Origin: Camelus dromedarius
Taxonomy: Eukaryota
Assembly: GCF_036321535.1 (NCBI RefSeq)
Contig: NC_087436.1
Coordinates: forward strand, 70,868,001 to 70,932,000
Length of the DNA: 64,000 bases
Direction: 5' to 3'
The notes under the pieces were generated by a model. The model saw only the letters and a program-made list of their open reading frames with translations. It was not told where the DNA came from and did no database searches. The position numbers and the translations under genes were made by a program. Positions 25,560 to 38,054 of this stretch are shown here, one piece after another (within the stretch, counting starts at the first letter, position 1; every line of letters begins with the position of its first letter).

Positions 25560-25870
25560 TCTCAAATGAATTGCAAATGACATACTGTTCTTTGATGTGC
25601 CATGTAGTTATGAAGAAGGCAGTCTGGACTTTGATACGATACGGTTTCAGTAAATATTGACATAATCCTAGTGACACTAGTGAAATCACTTTCACATTGT
25701 GACCCCTCAGCGCTAAATGTTTACAAATGTCATTTAATGGAACTGTTGCTTTTTGCAATAGCATTCCCTTTTCCATCTGTATTGTGAAACATTCTGGTAA
25801 ATTGTATCTAATTCTGGACTTTTGAAAACACTTCATGTACTTTCAGGAAGTCTTCAGTGCTTCTTGCAAT
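25560..25870. promoter_or_regulatory. Candidate hepatocyte enhancer/LCR in GC intron 1
   Basis: HNF4-like TGGACTTTG (25625) and TGGACTTTT (25815); FOXA-like AGTAAATA (25649) and TGTTTAC (25718); C/EBP-like TTGCAAT (25753, 25864) and ATTGTGAAAC (25781). Confidence 0.6.
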
Positions 25871-28051
25871 CTCCCCTCTCCCCACACAGCTGACTCATTC
25901 ATACATGTTTTGAAGACTTACTCTGCACCAGGCATTGGGTTCAGTACTGAGTATTCAATGGAGAGCAAAATAGACATCCTTGTCCTCGTGAGATTTCAAT
26001 CTACTGGAGATAAACAACACAGTACTCGCTGTCTTGGTATAAACTTTGCTAAAAAGGGTATTTTGAATGCTTTAACTGCTGTTACGATGTTTGGTTCCCT
26101 AGAAAAGGTGTTTGTATACCATGAGCAGTGGGTGGACCGAGAACAATGTTGATGTGAATACATGCTTACACAGGCTGCTAGGGACTGTCTTAAGCTGCTG
26201 TTTTCCTCTTATGTTCTGGAGAATCATGGGCTTTTAGAACTATTGGGCATTTATATTTTTGCAATTTTATTCCTTTGGTGTTTTTATTTCCATTCTACAC
26301 CAACAGACTCATCTATTTCAGAAGAGGTCAGTATAATTTTTTTTTCAGCTTAAGAATATGGTTTGTAGTATTCATTCAAACTAGTTGGGCTAGATGTTCA
26401 GAGTAGTGGTTTTAGTTGAGAAATTAAACATTGTTGGGTTGGTTTAGGAAGCTGCCCTGATTGGAACTAAATAAAACTGTTATATCATTAAAAACACTGT
26501 CAATAAAGAAGTGGCAATCAAATTAGTACTTTTATTTCATTTTTCAGGCTTTGGGGGTTGCATTCCCATCGACACTTTAAATCCTCATTGCATAAAGCAT
26601 TGGTCTGGTTTTTGATATTGATACTGATGTTTGCAGGCAGGTGTGATTTTTTCAGTTAGAGTCGATGGAAAGAAATTCAATCCTTTTTAATACTAAGAGT
26701 TCTGCATGACATCTATAGATTAATTGAGAGGAAATTAACTATACTTCTTAGGGTGCCATCAGTGGAAAATTTTGTATTTTGAAAATTAATACAGGGGCAG
26801 TGGGGCAGTTGGCCAGAAACTGTGATTGCAGTAGTGGATGGCCTCAGAGACTCACTGAAATTTAATGTCTTTGGGCTCAACACAGGTGGTAATGCATATA
26901 GATGCTACATTCACCAAAGTCCCAAAGGAGGCATTCTTTCTTCACGCATCTCATTCCACCTCCCCTCCCCTTCAAGGTTGAGCACCTTGTCACTTACAAG
27001 TGCTTTTGCAGGAGTGAAGATAAAAGAGCAAGTTCCCTCTCCCACCTTCCGTGTGAGTGAGGGTGTTGTCTTCAGCATTTTGACTTGGAAACTTAGAATT
27101 CATTGCAGGGCTTAGTTTTCAAAGCGATATAAAAATAAATAACATGATAAAGCACCATGCCAAAAACGTGAAAGCTACCAATACTTAAGGACCTGAGGTC
27201 TGATTGTAGAGATAAGAATAGAACACTGACAGTGATCATTGCCATAGAAGAGATTGAAACAAAGCGTCATGAAACCATAGAATGAAAAAAGGCTTTTAGA
27301 AAGCCTCGTGAAAGGAGTTATTACTTGAAGTGGACCATGAACGATGGGCAGGACTTTAACAGGAGCAAGTGAATCGGGGGGGGGGGGGGATTTTAAGTGG
27401 GGAGAACAACATGGAGAAATACCTGAAGTTAGAAAGTCACAAGTCATGTGTGGCAAATGAGCAATCCCATAATGAAACTGAAGTATGGGACTTACACACT
27501 GGAAGACTTGATCACCAAAGTTTTACTTACATTTTAAAGTAATGGGGTATCTGTTGAAATATACTCACGTAGGGTAATGACCAACTCATAGCTGTATTCA
27601 GGGAAGAGAAATCTTAGATTGAAGAGAAATAGTACCTTGTTAAGGCTGTTCTATGAAATGTTAATCTATATAAAAATATTTAGTACATCTCTTGCCTAAC
27701 ATGTGGTAAACCCTCAGTGAATGTTAGCAACTCTTATAGTGAGATGCAGTGATAAGATAAATTACGAGATACATGTGCCCCTGTAATTAGGATCCCACGT
27801 GACATGCTGTAGTCCTTTTCTCAGGAGGTAGGCTGACCAGGTTCCCCTGGTCAGAGGAACATGGAGGAGAAGGTAAAAATAGAATACTTTGAGAAAGCAA
27901 GGAAATGAGCCCACACGTACCCCAGTTATCTCCTGCTCATTTCTCCCTGGATCTGGCCAATAAAATTGCAGTCTATTAACAACGAGATGCCGTCACTCAG
28001 CACTCTTTTCCCTTGGGAAGTCCCAGCCTGTCACAGGACCCAGAAACCTAA

Positions 28052-28537
28052 TGTATTAGATTTCTATTGCTACTGTAACAGATTGCTACACATTTAATGG
28101 CTTAAACTTACAGTTCTACTGGGTAGTCTGACACAGGTCTTACAGGGCTAAAATCAAGTTGTCGGCAGGGCTGTGTTCTTCCTGGAGTCTCTAGGGGAGA
28201 ATTCATTTCCTTACCTATTCCAGCTTATAGAGTTGGCCTGTGTCTCTTGGCTCAAGAACCCCTTCCTCTATCTTCAAGATCAGCAACTTTGTATCTCTTT
28301 GTGCATTTTCTCCTTAGTGACATCTCTTATGCTTCCCTTTTCCACCTTAAAACCCCTTGTGATTATTGGCCCCACTCAGATAATCCTACATTATTTTTCT
28401 ATTTTAAGGTCAGCTGCTTAGCAACCTTTATTCTATCTGCCATCTTAATTCTCCCTTGCGATGTAAGCAACCTATTTGCAGGTTCCAGGCATTAGGATGT
28501 AGACATTTTTTGGAGAATGCTCATTCTGCCTACCACA
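28052..28537 (-). mobile_element. MLT1-type MaLR LTR
   Basis: tgtattagatttctattgctactgtaaca...gggctaaaatcaagttgtcggcagggctg...attctgcctaccaca. Confidence 0.85.
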
Positions 28538-29289
28538 CACTCATCACTATTTAAGCCTGAAGTCGCACCTACCATCAGATGACTCCAAACAGATCAGAAC
28601 TGGGGTGGATTTATATCAGTCTTATCCCTGGAGTCTCACCAGCCAACTATACATGTTCAATCCCAACACTTCATTAATCCCCCAATAACGGGCCTGATTT
28701 TTATTTATTTTTGGGCTCCATTTACCACATTATGTCAGGTTTTGCATTGCATTTTAATATGAATTGATTGGGGAAGGGATGGGAGGTAGAGATTTGATTA
28801 AGGAAGCCATTACAATGGCCGGGTGAAGGGGAACAGGGACCTGGATGAGAACAGTATGTGGAAATGGAAATGTAGCAGATAAAAGGATCAGTGTTCATAG
28901 GCCTTCAGAACCAAATACATGGAGAGGATAAAGAAGATAAAGGGAATACTGAGAAGGTTCTGTGCAAGGCTGATGCATTTCAGGGATGAAATGTATAGAA
29001 TACGGACTTGATTGAATATAGTTAAGAAAAATAATGTAAAACCCCAGAGGGTTCTACAGATTTGAACATAAATGATTCAGAGGTGATGGTGCTGGGAAAA
29101 TAAAGAGGAAAGTTAGGAAACAGAGCTGGTTTCATGAAATAGGAATAAACTGGGGTTTGGGTCAGTTATGGATGACCATGGTAGACAGCATAGATTTCAC
29201 TTAATTCCCTCTAAATTGGTGTTAGTGACTGGTTCTCTCTTACACTTGTTCTAATATTAGTGAAAGACAGTATTGCAGGTGTGTATCTC

Positions 29290-29540
29290 ACAAGAGGCAG
29301 CAAAGTCGTGATTGTGAGCATTGTCTCTGTAAACCCAATGAACTGATGTAAAATTCGGATCCTGCTACTTACTTGCTTGGTTACTTTGGATAAGTTACTT
29401 AACCTCTCTTTTCCTCAGTTTTCCCCATTTATAAAACGAGGAGATTAGTGCTGAGCTCCTCATGGTGTTGAAAGGGTGAAATAAATTTAAGAGATTTTAA
29501 ACATGCTAGTACATTGTCAATAAATGATTAGCTGTTCTAT
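29290..29540 (+). mobile_element. MIR SINE
   Basis: Core actttggataagttacttaacctctcttttcctcagttttccccatttataaaa. Confidence 0.75.
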
Positions 29541-29714
29541 TCAGTGCATGAAATCTAGTGCCAATGCTTCACAGTGAACACTTTATATAATTATAATGAA
29601 AATAACAAGAGGCTTGCAAGTTTATTCCTTCTAAGATATCGATTGTCCTAGTTGACATTTAATTTTCCTTAAATACTCAAAACTACAGTGTGGGGAAGCT
29701 ACCCATTTTGTGAT

Positions 29715-30160
29715 TTTATTCCGAAAATCTATTGAATACTTACTATGTAGCAAGTAGTGTTCTAAAACTGGGGATTCCAGTAAGGAACAGAACTTACTTG
29801 ATTTCATGGAACTTACATTCTATATTTTACTTTCATTACAATAAACAAATGAGCAGCTGATGATAAGGTGATGAGTGCTAAAAACAAAAGCAAAACAAAG
29901 CTAAAGCAGGGGAAGGGAATAGAGAAAAATGGTGTAGGAGGTGCTATTTGAGGTAGGTAGGTCAGGGAAGCCTTCTCTACATGTGAACTTGGAGCAGATA
30001 GAGGAGGATCAGTGTTCTCAGAGGAGGGAGGTGCTAATGCAAACCCCTGGGGTGCAGAGTACAGAGTGTGGAGGCCAGTAGGCTGAAGTGGCATCAACTT
30101 GGGGAAAATACGAGCGAGGAGGGAGCAATGGACATAATAAAGAAGTTAAGTGACCACAGA
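29715..30160 (-). mobile_element. L2 3' fragment
   Basis: tattgaatacttactatgt...gtggtcagggaagccttctct-like L2 motifs. Confidence 0.7.
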
Positions 30161-33074
30161 TACTAAGGGGAGGGTAGTTGTTTCCTTTTAAGAATTTCTT
30201 CATCTTTCTCCTATATAAATCAACCCTGTGGCCTTTCAAAGTGTCTGTACTTATCCCCGTACCCCACACACGATGGTGAGTGCATACCTGGCATTGCACC
30301 TCAGAACAACAAAGTGTTACTTTGCTGTTGATTTTCAGGGAGGTTGACATGGCTTTTGATGATGGAGTTAGCAACCTCTCTGACTTCACCTCTTCCTCCT
30401 TCCCGCTCTCAGCTAAGCCTGAAAAATGCTTTTACTCTGGCTGCCTTGTGAACTTGGATCAGGCGGTATTTGTCCCTAGCTCAGGACTTTTTGCACCTTC
30501 AGCTTGAAACATAGTAGATATTTGCATGTCTGTCTTCTTTTCATCATGTAGCTCTCAAATCTGTGTCACCTCCCCAGTCACCGTTGTGTTTGTTTTGCAG
30601 AGAGAATATACAGATATATGTGGGAAAATAGACTGCTTATTCTGAATTACTTTGTAGAATGCTGTACAGCTATGTCACTGAATCAAACTTAGGACAGCTT
30701 TTTCATATGACTACTGATGAAGGGACAACCTGTAGAAAAGAGAGTGATTCAGCGGTGTTTTGGAAGGTTGGGATAAACCACATTGTCTAAGCCTCTTTTG
30801 ATGGGTAAGTGGGAGAGGGAAAAATACAGTTATCCATCAACCCAAGGGAAACTTTCTTCTCGCTGTTAGATAACATGCTTAATAAAATTATGCTAAGGAT
30901 GAAATGCTTAAAGCAAAAGGAAAATGTTTATAATATCTTGTTCTTAAAAACAGCTCTTACAAACAGCAGTGTTTTATCTCTTGTAGCATTATTTCCTGTC
31001 AGTAGCCTTCTTGCTTGTTTCTTGGCAAGAGGGAAAGATATAATTTAGGTTAGTGCTTTATCTATTTTAGTTTTGAGTAAAGAAGCCAAGAGGAGGCAAT
31101 CTGTGAACATAACTTTCTTGCCGCTCATACGATAGATAAAGTGGATATTATAATATCATCTAGACTTGGCATATTTGGTAAGCCCTTCTCACCCAAGGCA
31201 TACCCAGGGGCTTGTGAACTGAATCCCCAAAGCCATTTGATGAGAGAGGAAGGGCCTGACTAGCTGATGTTCATGTGGAGCTGCAGCAGTGTGCATTTTA
31301 GAGCTGGGGTTTTCCAAAGACTACTTCATGGGATACAGGCATTTTAGGAAAGAGCTCATTTGGGAAACTCTGGGCTAAATTTTCTTTGTTTTGGTTTCTC
31401 AGAACTGCTCGGACAGCAAAAGCATTGATTGCAAACCAACCAAGAGGGACTAATTATGGCTTATTTATTAAATGTGTTTGGCCATGGAGACTTTTTTCCA
31501 AGATGAGTCTTGAGGGAAATATACTTTGGAAAAGGTGTTTTAGACAAATGCTGTGGGTGGTCGTTCAGCTCTCTAGAACTTAACAGACAGTACCACAACC
31601 CAAACCAATTCTCCAGCATCTAAAATTCCTTTCGACTCCTTTCTTGTGCATACTTTGTAGCGTCCTGCCAGGAGAGAGCACATGTAGCTTCCAGGTAAAT
31701 CACTGACTTGCTATTTGGGTCATGCTCAGGTATTAGAGAACAGAGGACTAAGAGGTAATCTGAAATTCAGACCTTCAAGGGAGCTGACTTGAAGTTTTTA
31801 GCATCAGTTTCATCAGAGCTAAGAGAATGCTAAAGGATATTGAAATAGAGGTTGCAGAATCCTGTTATCCTCCAAAGCACATTGGCTTCACTTCAAAGAG
31901 TTACAGTGTACACTTACTGAGTCGGTAGCTCACAGTGGTAGCTCATGTTCCACATTTTGGCATCCACATACAAGCCCAGGGCCTAACCATTACCAGACTT
32001 GCTGTGTTTTGAAGACTCGGGTCTGAATGTACTTCAGTAGGATTTTTCAGGTTCAGATCTGCCCCCGGGAAACCCTCAGCAAGGGAGTAAGCTTTCAGGG
32101 TTCCTGGGGACTTGGCCTGTTCAGAGGTCTCATAAGGGGCATTGAATAAGATAAAATTTAAAATAATTTGAATGATGAAAGTAAGATTAAAAAAGTAGGT
32201 ACAAAAATAAAAGTCAGGAGTAAGGTTATTTGTGTCACAGTTAATAACTGATAATTTCTGGGATCCACATTTTATTCCACTGGTTAAATGTTGTTAATAT
32301 GAATACTAACGTATGACTTGAGTGAAGCTATTAACTGACAGCACTATAAGAAAATTTTAATTTCAATTTTTCAAAGCAAGATTAAAGCTAATTCCTTTAT
32401 AAACATTAAAGAATCAGCCAGAAAGTAAATTGAAACTGATTATGGGAAGTTCCCAAGGTGCAAAATTGATAAAGTTGCATATTGCTCAAAGATGAAGACA
32501 TCATTTGATGAATGATCTTAATGAAACATAGCTGAAATATCTTGTAGCCATGTTTCATAGGTATTAAATTCTTCTATGTGAAATATTTTAGAAACTATAA
32601 TGCATTTTCAAATACTACTTATAAAGGATTTCTTGAAGATCACAGAAATCTCAGTTGACTTCATACATACATCGTTATGGTATACTGAACTCTGAATGGC
32701 AATAAATATTTGAAGTCTGAGGGGGAAAAAAAGCTCAGTGATGGATCACAGCCTCCATTTGCATTATCATTTAACAAATTAAAAAATTCTAGTTTTGAAC
32801 CATTCTCAGATCTTGGTTATTAAATCTGGGAAAGAAAGTGACAGATTATATAGTTTTTCTTTCTTTCGTGAGATTCTTATCTTGATTTCTTGGCTATTCT
32901 AATAGAACACTGTATGTCACATTTGAGCTCTGATTAACCCCCTTTAATTCTTCCCTCTCTCCCCAATATATGCCACAATTCTTCTGTTTTTCACCTTGTG
33001 TATAAACTTTTTAAATGTAACAGAATTAGACTAGTGAGAGTTTCTGTAAATGGTCACAGCACTGGAAGTCTTAC

Positions 33075-33132
33075 CTCTCTCTAGAGCACGCACACATGCT
33101 ACAGCAAGCAGGAAAACCAGGATCCTCTTCAT
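33075..33132 (-). CDS. GC: GC exon 1 coding part: signal peptide MKRILVFLLAVACVRA then LER(G)
   Basis: ATG at 33132-33130; 58 nt; donor AG|GTAAG at 33074. Confidence 0.97.
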
Positions 33133-33189
33133 TTTTCTGTGGGCAAATCCTGCAGGACCCCCTGTCTCCTGTAGGTTACCCAGTAAAAA

Positions 33190-33380
33190 ACATGGCAGCC
33201 TAAAGTAACCACTCCCCTTTTACTGAGATTCCTGACTATGGACTAATCAATTATTAATCTCTACACAGAACCAAGGGCAGTCATCCTTGGCCCACAAGAG
33301 ATAAAATATCATCAATGAAGGCAAATAGATAACCTGGGGAAAATGTAGTGGAAAATCGAGGAGATTTAATCATTAACTTT
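33190..33380 (-). promoter_or_regulatory. GC: GC proximal promoter with two HNF1-type sites and no canonical TATA box
   Basis: Minus strand ATTAATAATTGAT (33246-33258) and GTTAATGATTAAA (33365-33377) match the HNF1 consensus GTTAATNATTAAC. AGTAAAA at ~33218-33224 sits at the TATA position. Confidence 0.8.
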
Positions 33381-33435
33381 GTCGGACTACAAAAGAGTCA
33401 GGGTATATGTAGATTTTTTTTCTCTCCCACTGTGG

Positions 33436-33459
33436 TTTTTTTTTTTTTTTTTTTTTTTT
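33436..33459. repeat. Poly-T tract (T24) just upstream of the GC promoter
   Basis: Seen directly. Confidence 0.9.
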
Positions 33460-33756
33460 AATACCAAAGCTTATATAATGTATTAGTGGACGCATTCTCC
33501 CTCTTTATGTGTCCCTACCCTTCTCAAGGGTATAAATGGAAACTTGGAGGTCTTCCTCTGTTTAAACCTGCTACAAATAAGGATTATCTTAAAATACCAC
33601 AGACTAGAGGTTTAAGTAATAAGGGGAAAAAGTGAGACGCCAACTTACCACAATTGCTCAAATCCATAATTTCAATGCTATAAATTTTATTTAAGATGAT
33701 GGGATAGTACTGTGCTATAGTACTATATATAGTATGTGCTATATTACATACATCTT

Positions 33757-33830
33757 AAAAAAATTTTTTTTAATGAAAGTCCTTAGGCACTACCACTGAG
33801 CTATACCTCCCTCCCTCCCTCCACCCCGCC
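33757..33830 (-). mobile_element. Internally deleted Vic-1-like SINE
   Basis: T-tract plus taccactgagctatacctccc (SINE 5' end) with the B-box region missing; flanks acatacatctt / acatatcttt resemble a TSD. Confidence 0.6.
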
Positions 33831-34159
33831 ACATATCTTTCTAAAGCACTGACATACATATTAGAAATAACTCTTGAAGTGAATTAAATAACTGGGGAGG
33901 TTAAATGATTTGCCCCAAATCACAAAAGTCAGTGGCAAATCTTGGACTACTAGAGCTAATTTGAAGTTCTTTTTTCTAATACTGTACAATTAGTATATTT
34001 TAAGATAATAGAACTTGAGAGCTCACAGCTAGCCTTGTAGAATGAGAATCCAACATCATCATGTTACGGAAGAGAGGCACAGGGAGTTATGATTCACTCC
34101 ATCATTGGAATCAGGTCAGGATCTGGTTCTCGCAGTAGTCCTCTTTTTAGGAAACAGGG

Positions 34160-34380
34160 TCAGATACGGGTTGGGTACACTGACTGGAATAAAATCCCTA
34201 CTCAGCTCTTATTGGCTGTGTAACCTTGGGAGATCATTCTGTTTCTCTAAGCCTTGTTTCTCTCCTATACAAAGTGGTGTACCTTTGTCACAAGATGGTT
34301 GTGAGCTTAATTAAGATAATGTGCAGGGTCTTCTGTAACATCAAATGTGGTGGCGTGCACTGGTAACTATTGCTCTTATT
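34160..34380 (+). mobile_element. MIR SINE
   Basis: ggctgtgtaaccttgggagatcatt...tctctaagccttgtttc. Confidence 0.65.
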
Positions 34381-34988
34381 CTAATTATTGCCCAGTTTCT
34401 TCACTGGCTCTCTAAATTTATAATATCTGAGAAGATTACTGGATCTAATGAGGTCTGGAACTCAGTGGAAATATCTTAGAGCCAGCCCTATATTGTGGGT
34501 TTAGGACCATCACAAAAAAGTGATATAGAAGTCTGATACCAATTTAGAAGCTAAGCAATTAACTGCCTGGAAAGATTCCATCAAAATCTCAAACTGCATG
34601 AATCAGTTACATTTCTAGTCAGATTCTCCTTCTATATTGAAAATAGTTGAGTGTTAAGTTCAGAAAATGGAGCTCAGCTAGTTGAAAAGGATAACTAAGC
34701 AAGAATTAAGCAGAGCTATCTCTAAAGCTGTTGGAAATCCACATGGTAAAGATTAGAAGAAACTCTAAATATTGCTAGAGGCAATATGGCAAGATAGTCT
34801 TGCTGTTCAAAGATCAACTTCCTGCCTACTACAAGTCTTCCAAACTTTTCCTTCGGCTAAACTCTTAATTTACTTTGCAAGTTAATTAAAAAATGTGTTT
34901 TAGTCTTACTATAAATTATTTGGGAATAAAGAAACTCTAAACAAGTGCCGAAACATTTTAAAAAGCCAAGAAACCCAGAACTCAGAGA

Positions 34989-35001
34989 ATTAACTATTAA
35001 C
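34989..35001 (-). promoter_or_regulatory. Distal HNF1-like site about 1.8 kb upstream of GC
   Basis: GTTAATAGTTAAT on the minus strand; position agrees with my recollection of a distal HNF1 element in the human DBP promoter. Confidence 0.5.
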
Positions 35002-36348
35002 ACACTACAGTTTCTATTTTTAAGATAATACAATATATGCACAACCATAGTTTTTTTATTTAGCAGTATTTCATCTTCTGATTAGTTCTTTCAAAGATAC
35101 TCTAGATTGTTTCCCATTAATTTTGTTATAGAACTTAAGATCAGCCAGTTCATTTTTTAAAAATTATAACTTTATCTCTGCTTTTGCAATAACATCTGCC
35201 ACTTTGGTTTAATGATAAACTACATGTAGCAAAAGTTGCAACATCTCACTTAGGTGTTCTCTTGAGAAATCTCTACACAAGCTGCCAAATGCATCCTCTT
35301 GTCTTTATCTTTTTCCAAATGAAAACTGGACTTACATGCTAACAATTTGAGTGTACATGAACCTTTACTCAGTCTTATTTATGTTACTTTCCTTAATTCT
35401 TTCAAATGTTGATTGTTCACAGCGATTCTAAAACTGGAAAGAAATAATTGGCTTAAACGAGATGTCTCATGTTGCCATGATTACTTTAGTAAATCAGATG
35501 AGGGGAAAAGGGTGAAAAAAGACCAAGTGAAATCTTCTGACACTCTGTTACAGCAGTAGTGACAGCAACTCAGAAATTTGTAATGGAAACAGATACTTTA
35601 ACAGAATTTTCATTAAATATTTCAGCTGTAAAGTTTCACAGGAGTGTTTGCTCATAAAGAATCAAAAAACATATGCAGAAGTTGAAATAGATTATTGGAC
35701 ACATGAAATTGATGTAATATTATAAACTAATTAAAAAACTGATTTGAAGTACTCTCCTACCTGTTTCTCTGTCTTGCTATTGGCTTCAGAAGAAATGTAG
35801 GTTTTTCTCTAAACAAAGCTATATCTAGGCAAAATTGGGAGACAAAGCCCATCTTTAGTTCCTTTCCTGACACATTCTGTTCCTTTAGTAACTCTTAAAT
35901 CTTACACTCTTTATCAAAGGAATGTCTTTAACGTTTTTTAGGTTGTTATAGGCTGCTTAAAACTCTTCCATTATAATATTCCAGTAGAAATGACCTTCTT
36001 CAAGTTGATTTCATTTGCCAGAGTGTTCTTTTCATTCAGATTCTCTTTATACTATCAAAGTGCATTGTTAGTATCTTTCCCTGATAAATGAGCTGACCAA
36101 ATGAATGTTAGTAGCGTAAAGTGCCGAGTGCTCTCATAACCCACCACTTTCTTGACTCACATGAGAAATTTCAATATCCTAATAAGTCTCTTTTTACTTA
36201 AGCTTATTCAAGCTGCATTTACTTGCAATTAAAGCATTATAACTAATGTAATTTTAGACCAGTCTTTCCTCTGTTGCTGTCATTTATTTAAAATGCAAAT
36301 AGGACCATGTTATTGCCTCCTTACTTAGAACTCTTTAGTTAATACTAA

Positions 36349-36769
36349 TGAAGGGGCAAAACCCACAAAGGGACCAGCAAGACCTCCCAGGCAAGGCCAT
36401 TGCCTTCCCACTTTTGCACTTCTGTAAAACGGCTTGCTTCTAGGGAAATGAAACTTACCCCCAAAATTCCATTGGTTCCCAAAAGCTCACTCCTGATTGG
36501 TCCATTTCTAACACTTTATTAGCATTTACCCCTAAAATTCCATTTATTCCTGAAAGCTCACTCCTGTTTGGTCCATTTCTAACACCTCATGTGCATTTGG
36601 CACAAACTTAATCAAAACCTAAAGCCCCTATAAAAGTCTTTGTAAACCTATAGATGGGGTCCAGAACTTGGAGTGTTAACTCCTCTGGGCCCACTGGCGT
36701 AATAAAGCTGAGTCCTCCAACCCTCTGAGTGTCACTTGGTCTCTCAATGGGATTCAGGCTGCTGTAACA
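36349..36769 (+). mobile_element. ERV1-type solo LTR (421 bp)
   Basis: TG...CA ends; 4-bp TSD CTAA (36345-36348, 36770-36773); TATAAAA at 36629; AATAAA at 36701; ~70-bp internal direct repeat. Confidence 0.85.
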
Positions 36770-36991
36770 CTAACAGCTATATGTAAAATATACAAACAAC
36801 AAGGTCCTACGATACAGCACAGGGAACTATATTCAGTATCTTGTAATAGGCTATAATGAAACAGAATATGAAAAGGAATATATGTGTGTATATATATCTA
36901 TATATATCTATATATATATGAATCACTATGCTGTACACCAGAAATTAGCAGAACATTGTGAATGGACTGTACTTCAATTAAAAAGAAAAAA
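36770..36991 (+). mobile_element. L1 3' end with A-tail
   Basis: acaacaaggtcctac...acagcacagggaactatattcagtatcttgtaata...tgtacttcaattaaaaagaaaaaa. Confidence 0.85.
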
Positions 36992-37681
36992 GCCTGTGCT
37001 TAACATTTGTAACTTCATCTTACCTACCTCTATAAGGGACTCTGCACATTAAGATTTAGTACAGCTGAACTGTTTGTGGTTCAATGAGCTTGTGGTTCAC
37101 CTTGTGCTACTGGGCCTCCAGAGGTCTACGCTCTTCTCCTTGGAAGCCCTCCTGTACTATTTTGTGTGTTTGCTTTCTTATCTTGCAATAGGAGAAGTCT
37201 TCCACTTATTCATTTAACATACATTTAATTGATAGCACTTCATGCCTGCTGTCATTAAAGCTGTTGGTACTAGACCTGCATGCAGACCTGCATGGTCCTC
37301 ATGGACCTGCTAGTCCACCTAGTAAGGCAGATGATGAAAACAATGAGTGGGCTGAGTGGTGAGTGTGCGTGGAAAATGGAGGGGGGTGGATAAGAGTAGA
37401 TGCAGAGAGACCAGTTTGAAGGCTGCTTTGAAGCCCAAGCAAGGGATGGCAGTGGCCTGGCATGCGGTATTGGCAATGGGATGAAGAGACTCTATCCTGA
37501 GGACAGAATTAGGGGATGATCGTTAATTAGATGTTGGGAGGGAACGGCAGTGGTGAGTCCTTAGGTTTCTGGCTTAAGTGAGAGAGTACTAATGTCATTT
37601 TCTGGGATAGAAAATACTGGAAGGGACACATAGTTTGGGGAAAGATGTGTTGGGAAGAATTTTGAGTAGGCATATGGTATA

Positions 37682-38054
37682 CAGTTGGCCCTCCATATCT
37701 GCAGGTTCTGTATCTTCAGATTCAACCAACCTTGGATTGAAAGTATTCAAAAAATTTCAAAGTTCCAAAAAGCAAAACTTGAATTTGCCTTCCATAGCAA
37801 CTATTTCCATAGCACTTAGGTTGTATTGACAGCTGTTTACATAGCATTACACTGTATTTTCAGCTATTTACATAATATTTACATTGTATTAACTAGCATA
37901 AGTAACCTAGAGATGATTTAAAGTAATACAGGAGGATATTTGTAGCTTATATGCAAATACTACAGCATTTTATAGAGGGGACTTGAACACCCTTGGATTT
38001 TGATATCTGTGGGGGTCTTGGAACCAATCTCCCCAGGATATTGAGGGGTGACTG
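37682..38054. mobile_element. MER2/Tigger-type Tc1-mariner MITE
   Basis: TA|CAGTTGGCCCTC ... GAGGGGTGACTG terminal inverted repeats; gattcaaccaacc motif. Confidence 0.85.

Larger units (their letters stand above)
940..33193 (-). other. GC: GC gene span (vitamin D-binding protein, 13 exons; 473-aa precursor). The TSS end is approximate.
   Basis: Twelve coding exons join in frame with sizes 58,70,133,212,133,95,130,203,130,98,133,27 = 1422 nt. All introns are GT-AG. The protein shows albumin-family Cys-Cys spacing and closely matches known DBP sequence. Confidence 0.98.

Noticed and set aside
33075..33132. Extra Cys in the GC precursor (AVACVRA) as an unpaired cysteine
   Set aside because: It lies in the cleaved signal peptide; the mature chain has the standard 28 cysteines.
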